A DNA stretch of 64,000 nt, taken from an uncultured Clostridium sp. GTDB lineage: Bacteria; Bacillota; Clostridia; TANB77; CAG-508. The stretch spans positions 550 to 64,549 of the forward strand of contig CAMXJY010000011.1 in assembly GCA_947244325.1 (NCBI GenBank), given 5' to 3'. The first letter of the stretch is position 1, and each line of letters starts with the position of its first letter. The notes beneath the pieces are model-generated. The model had not been told where the DNA came from and made no database searches. It was given only the letters and a program-made list of their open reading frames with translations. Positions 29,971 through 40,187 of this stretch are shown here, piece by piece. Made by a program: the position numbers and the translations under genes.

Positions 29971-30549
29971 CTAAACTTTAGTCACTTCTTTTAAAGCCAT
30001 TTCTAATGCTTTCATATTACCATCAATAACTTCTGGTTTTTTAGCAAATTTATGTTTGAAAGATCCTATCATATCTTCTAAAAATGCCTCTTCAGACATA
30101 ATTCCACTAACCTTTACTACTGCTGCAAGCATAGGAGTATTTGGAAAATATTTTCCTAAAGTTTCCATTGAAACTTTTCTTGCATCAATTTTGTATACAT
30201 TTCCTGTATAACCTTTTAAAGATTTTTTTAATTCGTCTCCATCTTTAGTAGAATTAATTATTATTGCTCCTTCTGGTTTTAATCCAGCTGTTACATCAAC
30301 AGAATCTAAAAGTGTATCATCTACTACTACTACAAAATCTGGTTCATAAATATTTGAGTGTACTGTAATAGGTGTATCACTAATTCTGTTATACGCTGTA
30401 ATAGGAGCACCCATTCTTTCTGGACCATATTCAGGGAAACCTTGAATATATTTACCAGTATTGAAGGCTGCATCTGCTAGAAGTAGTGAGGCTGTTTTTG
30501 CACCTTGACCGCCTCTACCGTGCCATCTAATCTCGATTAAATTACTCAT
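29971..30549 (-). CDS. porG: Pyruvate:ferredoxin oxidoreductase gamma subunit
   Basis: EIRWHGRGGQGA, YGPERMGAP. Confidence 0.93.
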   Translation of the reverse strand: MSNLIEIRWHGRGGQGAKTASLLLADAAFNTGKYIQGFPEYGPERMGAPITAYNRISDTPITVHSNIYEPDFVVVVDDTLLDSVDVTAGLKPEGAIIINSTKDGDELKKSLKGYTGNVYKIDARKVSMETLGKYFPNTPMLAAVVKVSGIMSEEAFLEDMIGSFKHKFAKKPEVIDGNMKALEMALKEVTKV

Positions 30550-30792
30550 TATAACCTCCTATCAAATCTAATCTATTTTGATAGTTACAGTATATATTTT
30601 TTAAAATCCAAAGTCAATATATGTATGGTCAGTTTATTTATTATTTTGTATGTTAGTTAATTTACATAATTTTGACTTATTCTTTAAAATATGTTATAAT
30701 AAATTGATATGTTTTTTATCAAAGTCCGTTAAAGGCTAACTAATAGCTAGCCTTGTTACTACAAATTGGTTTCATTATAAAGGAGTATTAGT

Positions 30793-31272
30793 ATGAATGT
30801 AAAACAGCGGTATGAAAAAAAAGGTAACTGTCAACAAAAAAGCTTAAAAGAATGTTATATCGAGGCAATTGATAGATATACTTCTATGACAGCTGAACTC
30901 CGTAAGCAGATAGACTTTATAGAAACTGTCTATCGTAAAAATCATTGTCTTGAAAAACCATTGATGCAATTGCAACTATTAATACGTAGGTGGGGAAAAG
31001 ACGAGGAAGATGATGAATTCAAGAAAGCGTTAGATTCACTTGACGAAAATATCATCTCATTCTATCAAGACACACTTTCAAGCCAAAAACTCATCAGCAT
31101 ATTGATTGAGTTTGAAAATTCTTCCTTGCTTGAAAGACTTGCGGAAATAGATCAGATGAAGCGTGCATTGCAGCTGCGGGAGCTTTTAGAGACAATGGTG
31201 ACAGCTGGTAATCCTTTACCAGATGTAATAAACTCAGACAAAATAAAACAGTTTATCGAAAGATGCGAATAA
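30793..31272 (+). CDS. Orphan protein with atypical (higher-GC) codon usage
   Basis: AAGGAG RBS, TTGACT..TATAAT promoter, terminator CTCGGGGGCA..TGCTCCCGAG-TTTT. Confidence 0.65.
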   Translation: MNVKQRYEKKGNCQQKSLKECYIEAIDRYTSMTAELRKQIDFIETVYRKNHCLEKPLMQLQLLIRRWGKDEEDDEFKKALDSLDENIISFYQDTLSSQKLISILIEFENSSLLERLAEIDQMKRALQLRELLETMVTAGNPLPDVINSDKIKQFIERCE

Positions 31273-31478
31273 TTTAATACGGACAAAAACGGAAGTTCTC
31301 GGGGGCAATGTACTATCTGCTCCCGAGTTTTATATTTTATAAAATTTATATATAATTCCTATTCATATTTTTGTTGAACTTTTTATAAATTTGTAGTAAA
31401 ATACATTATGTAAATTATTTATGAAAGAATTTATCTTTCATTTATATATTTAAACTAATTAAAAGAAAGGAATATATT

Positions 31479-32324
31479 ATGAATCTAACTGGCGAAACTC
31501 ATTTTCTTATGAATAAATATAATATAACTGCAAATAAAAATTTCGGTCAAAATTTTTTAATCGATGAAAATGTTGTAGAAAATATTGTAATGAGTTCAGA
31601 AGTTAATAAAAATGATTTAGTAATTGAAATTGGTCCAGGTTTAGGTACTCTTACTTCCCTACTTTTAGAAAAAGCTGGAAAAGTAATTTGTGTAGAACTA
31701 GATAAAAAAATGCTTGAAATTTTAAATGATAGATTTTCTTTATATAATAATTTTGAATTAATAAATGATGATATATTAAAAGTTGATTTACAAGCTTTAA
31801 TATCAAACAATTCTGAATTTGAAAATGTAAAAGTTGTTGCAAATCTTCCTTATTACATTACTACTCCAATAATTATGAAACTCTTAGAAAATAAATTAGA
31901 TTTAAAAAGTATTACTGTAATGGTTCAAAAAGAAGTTGCCCAAAGACTTGTAGAAACACCAGGAGGAAAAGAAACTGGTGCAATAACTTATAGCATAAAT
32001 TACTATACTAATCCTGAATTAGTATTAGATGTTTCAAAAGATAGTTTTATTCCAAGTCCAAAAGTTGACTCTGCTGTAATAAAATTAAATATTTTACAAG
32101 AACCAAAAATTCAAGTAAAAAATGAAGAGTTATTCTTTAAAGTTATAAAATGTGCATTTATGCAAAAAAGAAAAACTTTAATAAATTCTTTATCAAACTC
32201 AGGAATTTCAAACAAAGAAAACTTAGAAAATATTTTAAATGAATTAGAATTAGATACTCGTATCCGTGCTGAGCAATTAACTTTAGAACAATTTGGAAAT
32301 CTTTCAGATAAATTAAATATTTAA
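31479..32324 (+). CDS. rsmA: 16S rRNA dimethyltransferase RsmA/KsgA
   Basis: GQNFL, EIGPGLG, VANLPY, MVQKEVA, RKTL. Confidence 0.97.
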   Translation: MNLTGETHFLMNKYNITANKNFGQNFLIDENVVENIVMSSEVNKNDLVIEIGPGLGTLTSLLLEKAGKVICVELDKKMLEILNDRFSLYNNFELINDDILKVDLQALISNNSEFENVKVVANLPYYITTPIIMKLLENKLDLKSITVMVQKEVAQRLVETPGGKETGAITYSINYYTNPELVLDVSKDSFIPSPKVDSAVIKLNILQEPKIQVKNEELFFKVIKCAFMQKRKTLINSLSNSGISNKENLENILNELELDTRIRAEQLTLEQFGNLSDKLNI

Positions 32325-32445
32325 AAAGTGGTCAATATTTTTCTTTATTGCCAACTTACTTTTTAGATTTGAACAATAGAAATACTAAAATGCACTCAAA
32401 ATGTTAGATAACTCTAATATATTGAGTGCATTTATAATTATTAAT

Positions 32446-32697
32446 TTACATTTTTGCTTTTATTTCTTCTAATGCTCTAGCAAGTTGATCTGGACAAGAT
32501 GTTCCTCTACCCTTACAATCAATTCCTTTTAATTTTCTAATTGCATCATCAATATTCATACCTGCAACTAATATAGATACACCTTGTGTATTTCCATCAC
32601 ATCCACCAATGATCTTAACAGATTTTATTGTATCTCCTTCTACATCTATAGCCATTTCTCTTGAGCAAACACCCTTTGGTTCATATTTATATACCAT
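32446..32697 (-). CDS. TIGR03905-type small TSCPD-domain protein
   Basis: GVCS, GGCDGN, GIDC..RGTSCPDQLA. Confidence 0.9.
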   Translation of the reverse strand: MVYKYEPKGVCSREMAIDVEGDTIKSVKIIGGCDGNTQGVSILVAGMNIDDAIRKLKGIDCKGRGTSCPDQLARALEEIKAKM

Positions 32698-32786
32698 ATC
32701 TTCCTCCTGATTAATATTTCTTTATTTATTATAATTTACATTTTTTCTAAAAATATTTAAAAACTTTACATTTATATATTATCAAA

Positions 32787-33995
32787 CTAAAAACTTACAA
32801 TTTCATTATAAACTCTAACTATGTATTGATCTGTCATTCCAGACATATAATCAACTATCGCTCTGCTATAATCTTTTATATTATTCAAATCATATACGAT
32901 TTTGTTAGAATATTTATTATCATCTCTATCTACTGAATTAGAAAATTCTTCAAGCCAACTTGCAAATTCCTCTGCCAAAACTGGATAATATCTTTTCATT
33001 TTCTTTATATTTTTAATTGTAGCAATTCCATTATATTCATTTTTTAATGTATAGAATATTTCATTCATTAAAACAGTAAAATATCTAATTGTAGGTTGAA
33101 TTTTATCATTTCTATAAATCTTTTCATAATTAAATTTTCTTATTTTTTCCATAGTGCTATATGCTTCATCTGAAAATTTAAGACCTTCTTCTACTGTACT
33201 ATTTTTGCACAAGTCCCCTGTTAAATATCCTATTATACTTGAATTATTTATTCTGATATTTTCTATTGCTTTATCAAAATTATTTATATCTCTATCTGTT
33301 AGAAGTTTCATTTCTTTTGCATCTTCTAAGTCTCTTCCTAAATAAGATATATTATCAGCAAGTTTTACAACACATCCTTCCCATGTAAACGGTGCATATT
33401 GATTTGGCTTTGTAAACTTGTCCAAATTAATAAATTCATCTCTTGGTTTCTGTCCTGTTATATCAGGATTCCCACAATGTCCTATTATTCCATCTCTAAC
33501 AGCATAAGTTAAATTCAAATTTCTTTTTATACCTGCAATATCTTGCAAAAGTTCTAAATCATCAACATAATGAACACCATTTCTTCCATGACAAAACTTT
33601 TCTCCATATTCTCTTTCAGCAATTGTTGATAATATTCTTTCTCCTTGATGTCCAAAAGGACTATGACCTATATCATGTGTAACTGCAATAGCTTTTGTTA
33701 GTTCAGTATTTAAGCCTAAATAATTTGCTATTGTATTACTTATTGATTCAACTAAGTTTACGTGTTCAATTCTTGTACATATATGATCATTCTTTGGAGC
33801 AAAAAACACTTGTGTTTTATGTTTTAATCTTCTATATGCATTACAATTTATTACTCTTGTATAATCTCTATCAAACTCGCTACGCATTGGTGCATCACCA
33901 TAAACAGGATCATATAATTTTTCTACTCTTGATATTGATTGTTCCCATTTTTTGTTTCCTTCTAGCATAGCCTCATTTGCGAATTTTTTTATCAT
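32787..33995 (-). CDS. dGTP triphosphohydrolase-like HD protein
   Basis: RRLKHKTQVF, TRIEH, HDIGHSPFGHQGE, DYMSGMTD. Confidence 0.88.
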   Translation of the reverse strand: MIKKFANEAMLEGNKKWEQSISRVEKLYDPVYGDAPMRSEFDRDYTRVINCNAYRRLKHKTQVFFAPKNDHICTRIEHVNLVESISNTIANYLGLNTELTKAIAVTHDIGHSPFGHQGERILSTIAEREYGEKFCHGRNGVHYVDDLELLQDIAGIKRNLNLTYAVRDGIIGHCGNPDITGQKPRDEFINLDKFTKPNQYAPFTWEGCVVKLADNISYLGRDLEDAKEMKLLTDRDINNFDKAIENIRINNSSIIGYLTGDLCKNSTVEEGLKFSDEAYSTMEKIRKFNYEKIYRNDKIQPTIRYFTVLMNEIFYTLKNEYNGIATIKNIKKMKRYYPVLAEEFASWLEEFSNSVDRDDNKYSNKIVYDLNNIKDYSRAIVDYMSGMTDQYIVRVYNEIVSF

Positions 33996-34024
33996 TTGTT
34001 TATCACCTATTTCTATATTATCTT

Positions 34025-34915
34025 TTACATTTCTTCTAATAAAGCTTCTAAATCTTCCTTTGAAAAATGATAATTTTCATTACAAAAATGACATACTATA
34101 TCAGCTTTTCCATCTTCTTCTATTATTTTTGTTATTTCTTTTTTACCTATTGAAATAAGACTTTTTTCAAGTTTTTCTCTACTACAATCGCACTCATATA
34201 TCATATCTAATTCTTGTGCTAAAATTAATACATCTTCATCTCCTGTAATAGTTCGAGCTATATCTTCTAAACTTCTTCCTTCTGAAATCATTTGGCTAAT
34301 ACTTGGTGCATTTTCTAAAGCTTTTTCTACTTTTGATATATCTTCTTCTGTAGCATCTGGCATTAACTGTATCATATATCCACCTGATGCTTTTACACCA
34401 TCTTTATTTATTAAAACCCCTAAAGCTATTACACTTGGTTTTTGTTTTGATTTTGCAAAATACTCTGTAAAGTCTTCTGCTATTTCTCCTGAAACAAGTG
34501 GTACTAAACCATTATAGTTGGTATCAATTACATCATTTTTATTAATGATATTTAAAAATCCATTTTTTCCAACAGCTCCACCAACATCTAATTTTCCATT
34601 TGATTTTAATGGTAATTCTACATGTGGATTATCAACACATACTTTTACTTTAGATGTAGTACTATCTCTTCTAACAACTGATATCAAACGTCCCATTGGA
34701 CCACCACCATTTATTTGAAAAGTAATATAATCATCTTTTTCTTTTATATCTGTAAATCCCATCATTCCAGTTATAGTAGCAAATCTTCCCATTGCTGCTG
34801 TAGTAGTTGGTGTTAAATCATGTAGATTTCTTATTTCTTCTGCTAATTCTGTTGTATTTGCACATACTAAACTTACTCTTCCTTCATGTGCTAAAAATTT
34901 TGCAACTCTATTCAT
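34025..34915 (-). CDS. hslO: Hsp33 redox-regulated chaperone
   Basis: SGEIAED, GGYMIQLMP, CDCS..CHFC. Confidence 0.95.
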   Translation of the reverse strand: MNRVAKFLAHEGRVSLVCANTTELAEEIRNLHDLTPTTTAAMGRFATITGMMGFTDIKEKDDYITFQINGGGPMGRLISVVRRDSTTSKVKVCVDNPHVELPLKSNGKLDVGGAVGKNGFLNIINKNDVIDTNYNGLVPLVSGEIAEDFTEYFAKSKQKPSVIALGVLINKDGVKASGGYMIQLMPDATEEDISKVEKALENAPSISQMISEGRSLEDIARTITGDEDVLILAQELDMIYECDCSREKLEKSLISIGKKEITKIIEEDGKADIVCHFCNENYHFSKEDLEALLEEM

Positions 34916-34947
34916 TTTATCTCCTCTTTTTACAAATATATCTATAT

Positions 34948-35283
34948 TTATTTGCTAAATGCTCTTATTACATCTTTATAGCTACTCATAAGTAATTCAT
35001 ATTTCATTGCTTCTGTTAAATCTTCATTATACATAGCATTTGAAATTGGTATTGTATATGAATTATATTTTGGCATGAAAAACCTAGTTTTCACTATATA
35101 ATCAATCAAACAATCATTTTCATTAACTTCTACATCATGTCTTTCTAAAAAATTTTTTAATAGTCCTGTATATTCATCATGAAAATAATTAAAAACTTTT
35201 GTATATTCTTTGTTTTCTGATAGTTCTTTTATTTCTGCTTCTACTAGCACTTTTTTCACCTCATATATAGTACATTTTTTCAA
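34948..35283 (-). CDS. Hypothetical protein
   Basis: 111-aa ORF, TTG start, native codon usage. Confidence 0.6.
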   Translation of the reverse strand: MKKCTIYEVKKVLVEAEIKELSENKEYTKVFNYFHDEYTGLLKNFLERHDVEVNENDCLIDYIVKTRFFMPKYNSYTIPISNAMYNEDLTEAMKYELLMSSYKDVIRAFSK

Positions 35284-35347
35284 ATTTATTCTATAATAAA
35301 TGTTTTAATTTTTCAAGTATTTGGGAGATATTTTGAATATTATTCTC

Positions 35348-35584
35348 TTATAAAGCACTCGTCTCCTCATCAATTAATGCATTTTCTATATTACCTAATG
35401 TAACCTCTAATGCCTTATCTGTTCCAATCTTATCCATTAATTTTGAATATTTATCTAAACTCATTATAACCATTGAGCCATAACCATTTTTAGTTAAATA
35501 AATTTCTTCATCTTTTTTTAATACTAAGTCCTCAACTTCAGGATATTTATTTCTCAAATCTGATATTGGTTTAATATAAATCAT
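35348..35584 (-). CDS. Phd/YefM-family antitoxin
   Basis: IKPISDLRNKY..IYLTKNGYGSMVIMS. Confidence 0.85.
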   Translation of the reverse strand: MIYIKPISDLRNKYPEVEDLVLKKDEEIYLTKNGYGSMVIMSLDKYSKLMDKIGTDKALEVTLGNIENALIDEETSAL

Positions 35585-35726
35585 AATTTACCACTCCTTT
35601 TTTATCATAGTTTTATCCAAATTTTAGAGTATTATTCTTCAATATTTGTAACTTTTTAAAATTTTGAAGAATAATATAACTCAAGAATTGGTTTATTTAA
35701 CCTATGTTTTAGAAAGGAAGGAATAT

Positions 35727-37002
35727 ATGAATACTTTAAGATTAAATTCTCGTGGTCCTGAAGTAGATTTACTACAAAGCACTCTGCAAAAACTTGGATT
35801 TTATAATGGGGCAATTGATGGAATTTTTGGATTTCAAACTTTCACTGCTGTGCAAAATTTTCAAAGACAATTTGGACTTTCAGTAGATGGCATTGTTGGA
35901 ACAAACACTTGGAATGCATTAATGCCTTATATTAACGGTAATACTACTTATACAATTAAAGAAGGAGACACTTTTCATAAATTAGCACAAAAATATTCTA
36001 CAACTGTTGATGCAATTATTTATGCAAATCCAGATGTAGATTACAATAATTTATCTATTGGAGAAGAAATTATTATACCTTTTGGAAGTATAGTACCAAC
36101 AAATATTAGATATACTTCACAAATTTTAGGTCTTAACATATCTGCTCTTCAAACAGTTTATCCATTTCTTGAAATATCATCCATTGGTACTAGTGTTCTT
36201 GGTAGAAGAATGCACTGCATAAAGTTTGGTAATGGTCAAAAAGAAGTATTTTATTGTGCTTCAACGCACGCGAATGAATGGATTACCAGTCCCTTATTAA
36301 TGAAATTTATGGAGAATTTATGTAAGAGCTATGTAAATAATCTTAACATCTTTGGAGTTAATGCTAGAGACCTTTTCAGTAATGTATCGCTATATATTGT
36401 ACCTATGGTTAACCCTGATGGAGTTGATTTGGTAACTGGATTTATAAATGAAAACTCTGTTATATATAATAATGCAAAAAGAATTGCTGATAATTTTCCT
36501 AGTATACCATTTACTAATGGATGGAAAGCAAATATAGAGCGGGATTGACTTAAATCTTCAATTTCCAGCTGGATGGGCTCAAGCAAAAGAAATAAAATAT
36601 GCTCAAGGATTTGATAAACCTGCTCCACGTGATTTTGTAGGTTTCGGTCCTCTTACTGCTCCAGAAGCTGTTGCTTTATACAATTTCACACTTAGACATA
36701 ATTTTAGTTTAATGATAACATATCATACACAAGGTCGTGTAATTTATTATAAATATCAAGATCAAACACCACCAAATAGTGAGGAAATTGCTAAAAAATT
36801 TGCTGATATTTCTGGTTATACTATTGAAGATGTTCCAACAAATTCTAGTTTTGCTGGATATAAAGATTGGTTTATTTTATACTACAATAAACCTGGATTT
36901 ACTATTGAAGTTGGTCTTGGTGAAAATCCTCTTCCTATTTCTCAATTTGCAGGTATTTATAGAGAAAATTTAGGTATTTTAGTTACTGGAATGATTCAAT
37001 AA
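35727..37002 (+). CDS. M14 gamma-D-glutamyl-mDAP peptidase-like protein with PG-binding and LysM domains, split by a +1 frameshift at CGG 36540
   Basis: PG-binding DGIFG/DGIVG, LysM, HANE, NPDG; the +1 frame restores WKANIEGIDLN and runs into YHTQG..GYKDWF..FTIEVG. Confidence 0.85.
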
Positions 37003-37008
37003 AACATA

Positions 37009-37054
37009 AATGTGAAACAATTTTGATTTTTTTAATAAAATTGTTTCACATTTT
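37009..37054. terminator. Intrinsic terminator
   Basis: AATGTGAAACAATTTT..AAAATTGTTTCACATT. Confidence 0.75.
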
Positions 37055-37193
37055 GTATTTATTAATATGAAAAATAATTTAACTATCTTCCATTTAAAAC
37101 TTTTATTTTATCATTTTTTTCATAATTTTAATTATTTCTTTAAATATTTTTATATTCATAAAAAAAATATCAATTTTTTTAACTAGTAATTTA

Positions 37194-37229
37194 GCTTTTA
37201 TAATATCTAAAACAACATATTTCTAAAAT
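37194..37229 (-). repeat. Isolated degenerate CRISPR repeat
   Basis: 29/36 ungapped identity to the array repeat. Confidence 0.7.
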
Positions 37230-37238
37230 TTGTTTATT

Positions 37239-37409
37239 CTATTGCTCCCATCTTTTCATATATTCTTCTTTTTTTCTCTGTTTCATTTTTTTATGTTCTT
37301 CATATTCTTTTTTTATTTCTTCTGGCGTATCCTCTCTTAATAGTGCATTTCCCCTTTCGTCCTTTTCATAAGATAAATATTTTATCCATCTAGCATTTAA
37401 TACTTTCAT
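37239..37409 (-). CDS. Unannotated 56-aa protein MKVLNARWIKYLSYEKDERGNALLREDTPEEIKKEYEE...
   Basis: AAAGGA RBS and ATG; lies between the array trailer and the orphan repeat. Confidence 0.6.
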   Translation of the reverse strand: MKVLNARWIKYLSYEKDERGNALLREDTPEEIKKEYEEHKKMKQRKKEEYMKRWEQ

Positions 37410-37643
37410 TTCATCATTCCTTTCATAATTTTAATAATCCTCATTTTCTTCATATATTACATGATATTCTTTATTATGATTTATAAGCATATCTATTATT
37501 TTTAATAGTTGTCTTTTATTTCCCTAAAATTCCATTAAAGAAAATCCATCTAGAAAATCTTTTTTTATAATCTTCTAACTTTTTTACTATCTTCATCAAA
37601 AACATCCTCATAAACCATTATTTTATTCTACTTATTAACCAAT

Positions 37644-38273
37644 ATTTTACTACTATCTAGAATAACATATCTCTAAAACCCATCTCTTTGTCTATTAAAT
37701 TCAATAATTGTTTTACTACTATCTAAAATAACATATCTCTAAAACTTCAAACATTGACATACAAAGTTGTTTTATGTTTTACTACTATCTAAAATAACAT
37801 ATCTCTAAAACTAACTGAAGATAAACCGCGGTTTTAACTTAGTTTTACTACTATCTAAAATAACATATCTCTAAAACGTATGAAATTTGCAAGAACCAGA
37901 AGGACGAGTTTTACTACTATCTAAAATAACATATCTCTAAAACCGAGAACAAAAATATATCTGATTATTATCAGTTTTACTACTATCTAAAATAACATAT
38001 CTCTAAAACAACCATATGGATTATTGGGAAAAAGTATTGGTTTTACTACTATCTAAAATAACATATCTCTAAAACTGTTGACCAATAGTCAATAGTAAAA
38101 TATATGTTTTACTACTATCTAAAATAACATATCTCTAAAACATAACTACTGAATCTATGGCAAAAGAGTTTGTTTTACTACTATCTAAAATAACATATCT
38201 CTAAAACGATTATTCAGTTCATTCTGGTCAACAATATGTTTTACTACTATCTAAAATAACATATCTCTAAAAC
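37644..38273 (-). CRISPR. Type II-A CRISPR array: 10 repeats (36 nt, GTTTTAGAGATATGTTATTTTAGATAGTAGTAAAAC), 9 spacers of 30 nt
   Basis: 66-bp period; ATTGAG leader-anchor motif next to 38273; terminal repeat 37644-37679 has 2 substitutions. Confidence 0.99.
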
Positions 38274-38333
38274 CTCAATTGTGTTTTAAAGTTTTTTCGG
38301 TTATCGACTCCGATATGTTAATTTTAGAAAAGT

Positions 38334-39014
38334 TTAATAAATTACATCACAATAATTTTCATCTATTTCCCATACATTTTCATATTCAACTTTTTCTCTA
38401 TTTTCTCTTTCAATAATAACCAATTTTATATTTTTGTATAATGAATATTTATATAATTCAACTACTTCTTCATTACTTAAATACTGCTTTAAATTCGGAA
38501 TAAATATAATATCAGCAATTTTCAATGTGCATGCAATATCTATCAAAAATTCTATTTTTTCTAAAACTGATTCATAATTAATTGTATCAATTTTAACATT
38601 AAATAATTTCAAAACTTCACTAATATCTAATTCTGATTTCATAGAAAATTCAAATGGTAATTCATTTATTTCTTCAATTAAATAATTACGTATATTTAAC
38701 ATATAATTTTCTAATTGCAAATCTTGATTTAATTTTATCTTTTCTTCAATAAGTTCATATATTTTATTTAAAACTTTTTTAGAATTGTAATCAATATTAA
38801 ATAAATCTATTAGTAACATACATTTTGACTTCATATTAATCTCTTTATTTTCATCATCTAATAAAATAATTTCCTTTTCTTCAATTCCATTAATTTTATT
38901 ATTCAACAATTTTATTATATTAGTAAACATTTTCACATCATTAATCGATATTAAAAGAACATTTTCTTCTTTTAACTTAGCATAATTATCTAGTCCAAAA
39001 ATTTTTAATTTCAT
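38334..39014 (-). CDS. csn2: Type II-A CRISPR protein Csn2
   Basis: Between cas2 and the array; 226 aa; NSKKVLNKIY, NLKQYLS..ELY. Confidence 0.88.
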   Translation of the reverse strand: MKLKIFGLDNYAKLKEENVLLISINDVKMFTNIIKLLNNKINGIEEKEIILLDDENKEINMKSKCMLLIDLFNIDYNSKKVLNKIYELIEEKIKLNQDLQLENYMLNIRNYLIEEINELPFEFSMKSELDISEVLKLFNVKIDTINYESVLEKIEFLIDIACTLKIADIIFIPNLKQYLSNEEVVELYKYSLYKNIKLVIIERENREKVEYENVWEIDENYCDVIY

Positions 39015-39331
39015 ATAATTAATAACCTTTCTACAGTATTAACAGTATTAGATGAATTTTCTCCTGTTATACATTCTATATCACTAAACTGTTTTTCCGT
39101 AATAACTAATAACTGTACAATGCCTTTAGATGGTTTATCTTTGTATATCTTTTCTTTTACTGAATTTACTATTGAATTATTTAAAGCCAATTTTGTATAT
39201 ACTGATTCTTGCATCATAATAAAACCTTCAGAAATTAATAATTTTCTAAATTTATTATATATTCTTCTTTCTTTTGGCGTTTCTGTTGGTAAATCAAAAA
39301 AAATTAACATTCTCATAAATCTAAAACTCAT
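39011..39331 (-). CDS. cas2: Cas2
   Basis: MRMLIFFDLP, FRKLL..GFIMMQESVY, ITEKQF. Confidence 0.97.
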   Translation of the reverse strand: MSFRFMRMLIFFDLPTETPKERRIYNKFRKLLISEGFIMMQESVYTKLALNNSIVNSVKEKIYKDKPSKGIVQLLVITEKQFSDIECITGENSSNTVNTVERLLII

Positions 39332-40187
39332 AATTTAATATTTTACTTTCTTTTTCATTATCTAAATAATCAAAAACACTTTTACAATATATTGTAATAG
39401 CATTTGTTATATATTGTTCTCTTTGACTAATTTCAACACTTTGATTATATAAATTTATTAGTTTATATTTAAACTCTTTATCAAATATCTTTTCCTTATT
39501 ATTATATACAATTTCATCAACAAGTGGTCTAAATATTTCCATTAAATCACATGAGAAATTAAATTGATTAAATTCATTATGATGATTAATTCCAAGTTGT
39601 GTAATATAACCTTTACTAATAATTTCTCTATTAAAAACTGATAATATTATTGAATATCCATAATCTAAAGCTTTATTTACATTATTTTCTTCACCTCTAA
39701 TAAATTTTGTACCAAATAACAAATTAAAATACACTTTTGCAGCATGTCCTTCCCTATTAGTACTATCACCATCTTCAACTTGATTAGCATATTCCAATAA
39801 CTTTTCGTATTTGGGAATCTCTAACTTTTTTAATAACATAGATTGATTAATAATTTTAAACTTTACAATTTCTTTCCAAGCAGAATCTTTCCTTTTTTCA
39901 TTCCATTTTATTTGATTTAAAATCTTTTTACTAGTATTAAATGAACCATAATATGGAATCATTTCGCATGAAGGATTATGCTTTTCGTCACAAAATATTA
40001 TTTTTATTTTTCTTTCTGCAAGTTCATTTAATAAATATGATGTAATTGATGCCATACAATTTTCAACAATAATCATGTTTACTTCTGATAAATGTATTTG
40101 CTTTAAAGTATCATTTCTTACTATTAAATAATTATTTTTATACGATAACTTACAATTATTATTTATTACTATTGTTCTCCAGCCCAA
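39321..40187 (-). CDS. cas1: Cas1 (type II)
   Basis: MGWRTIVI, NREGHAAKVYF, LDYGYS, DLMEIFRP. Confidence 0.97.
   Translation of the reverse strand: MGWRTIVINNNCKLSYKNNYLIVRNDTLKQIHLSEVNMIIVENCMASITSYLLNELAERKIKIIFCDEKHNPSCEMIPYYGSFNTSKKILNQIKWNEKRKDSAWKEIVKFKIINQSMLLKKLEIPKYEKLLEYANQVEDGDSTNREGHAAKVYFNLLFGTKFIRGEENNVNKALDYGYSIILSVFNREIISKGYITQLGINHHNEFNQFNFSCDLMEIFRPLVDEIVYNNKEKIFDKEFKYKLINLYNQSVEISQREQYITNAITIYCKSVFDYLDNEKESKILNYEF

Noticed and set aside
30725-31284. GTCCGT/ACGGAC inverted pair flanking the orphan gene as cassette ends
   Set aside because: Only 6 bp, and not seen around the other atypical genes.
36712-37002. Separate 96-aa gene
   Set aside because: It is the C-terminal part of the M14 peptidase; its frame is open from 36538 and it has no RBS of its own.
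37614-37632. Possible target of the orphan-repeat guide (TAGAATAAAATAA-TGG)
   Set aside because: The match is broken in the PAM-proximal seed and the sequence is low-complexity.
38076-38237. Two spacers share TGTTGACCA in opposite orientation
   Set aside because: Only 9 nt with differing flanks, compatible with chance. No self-targeting spacer match was noticed in the window.
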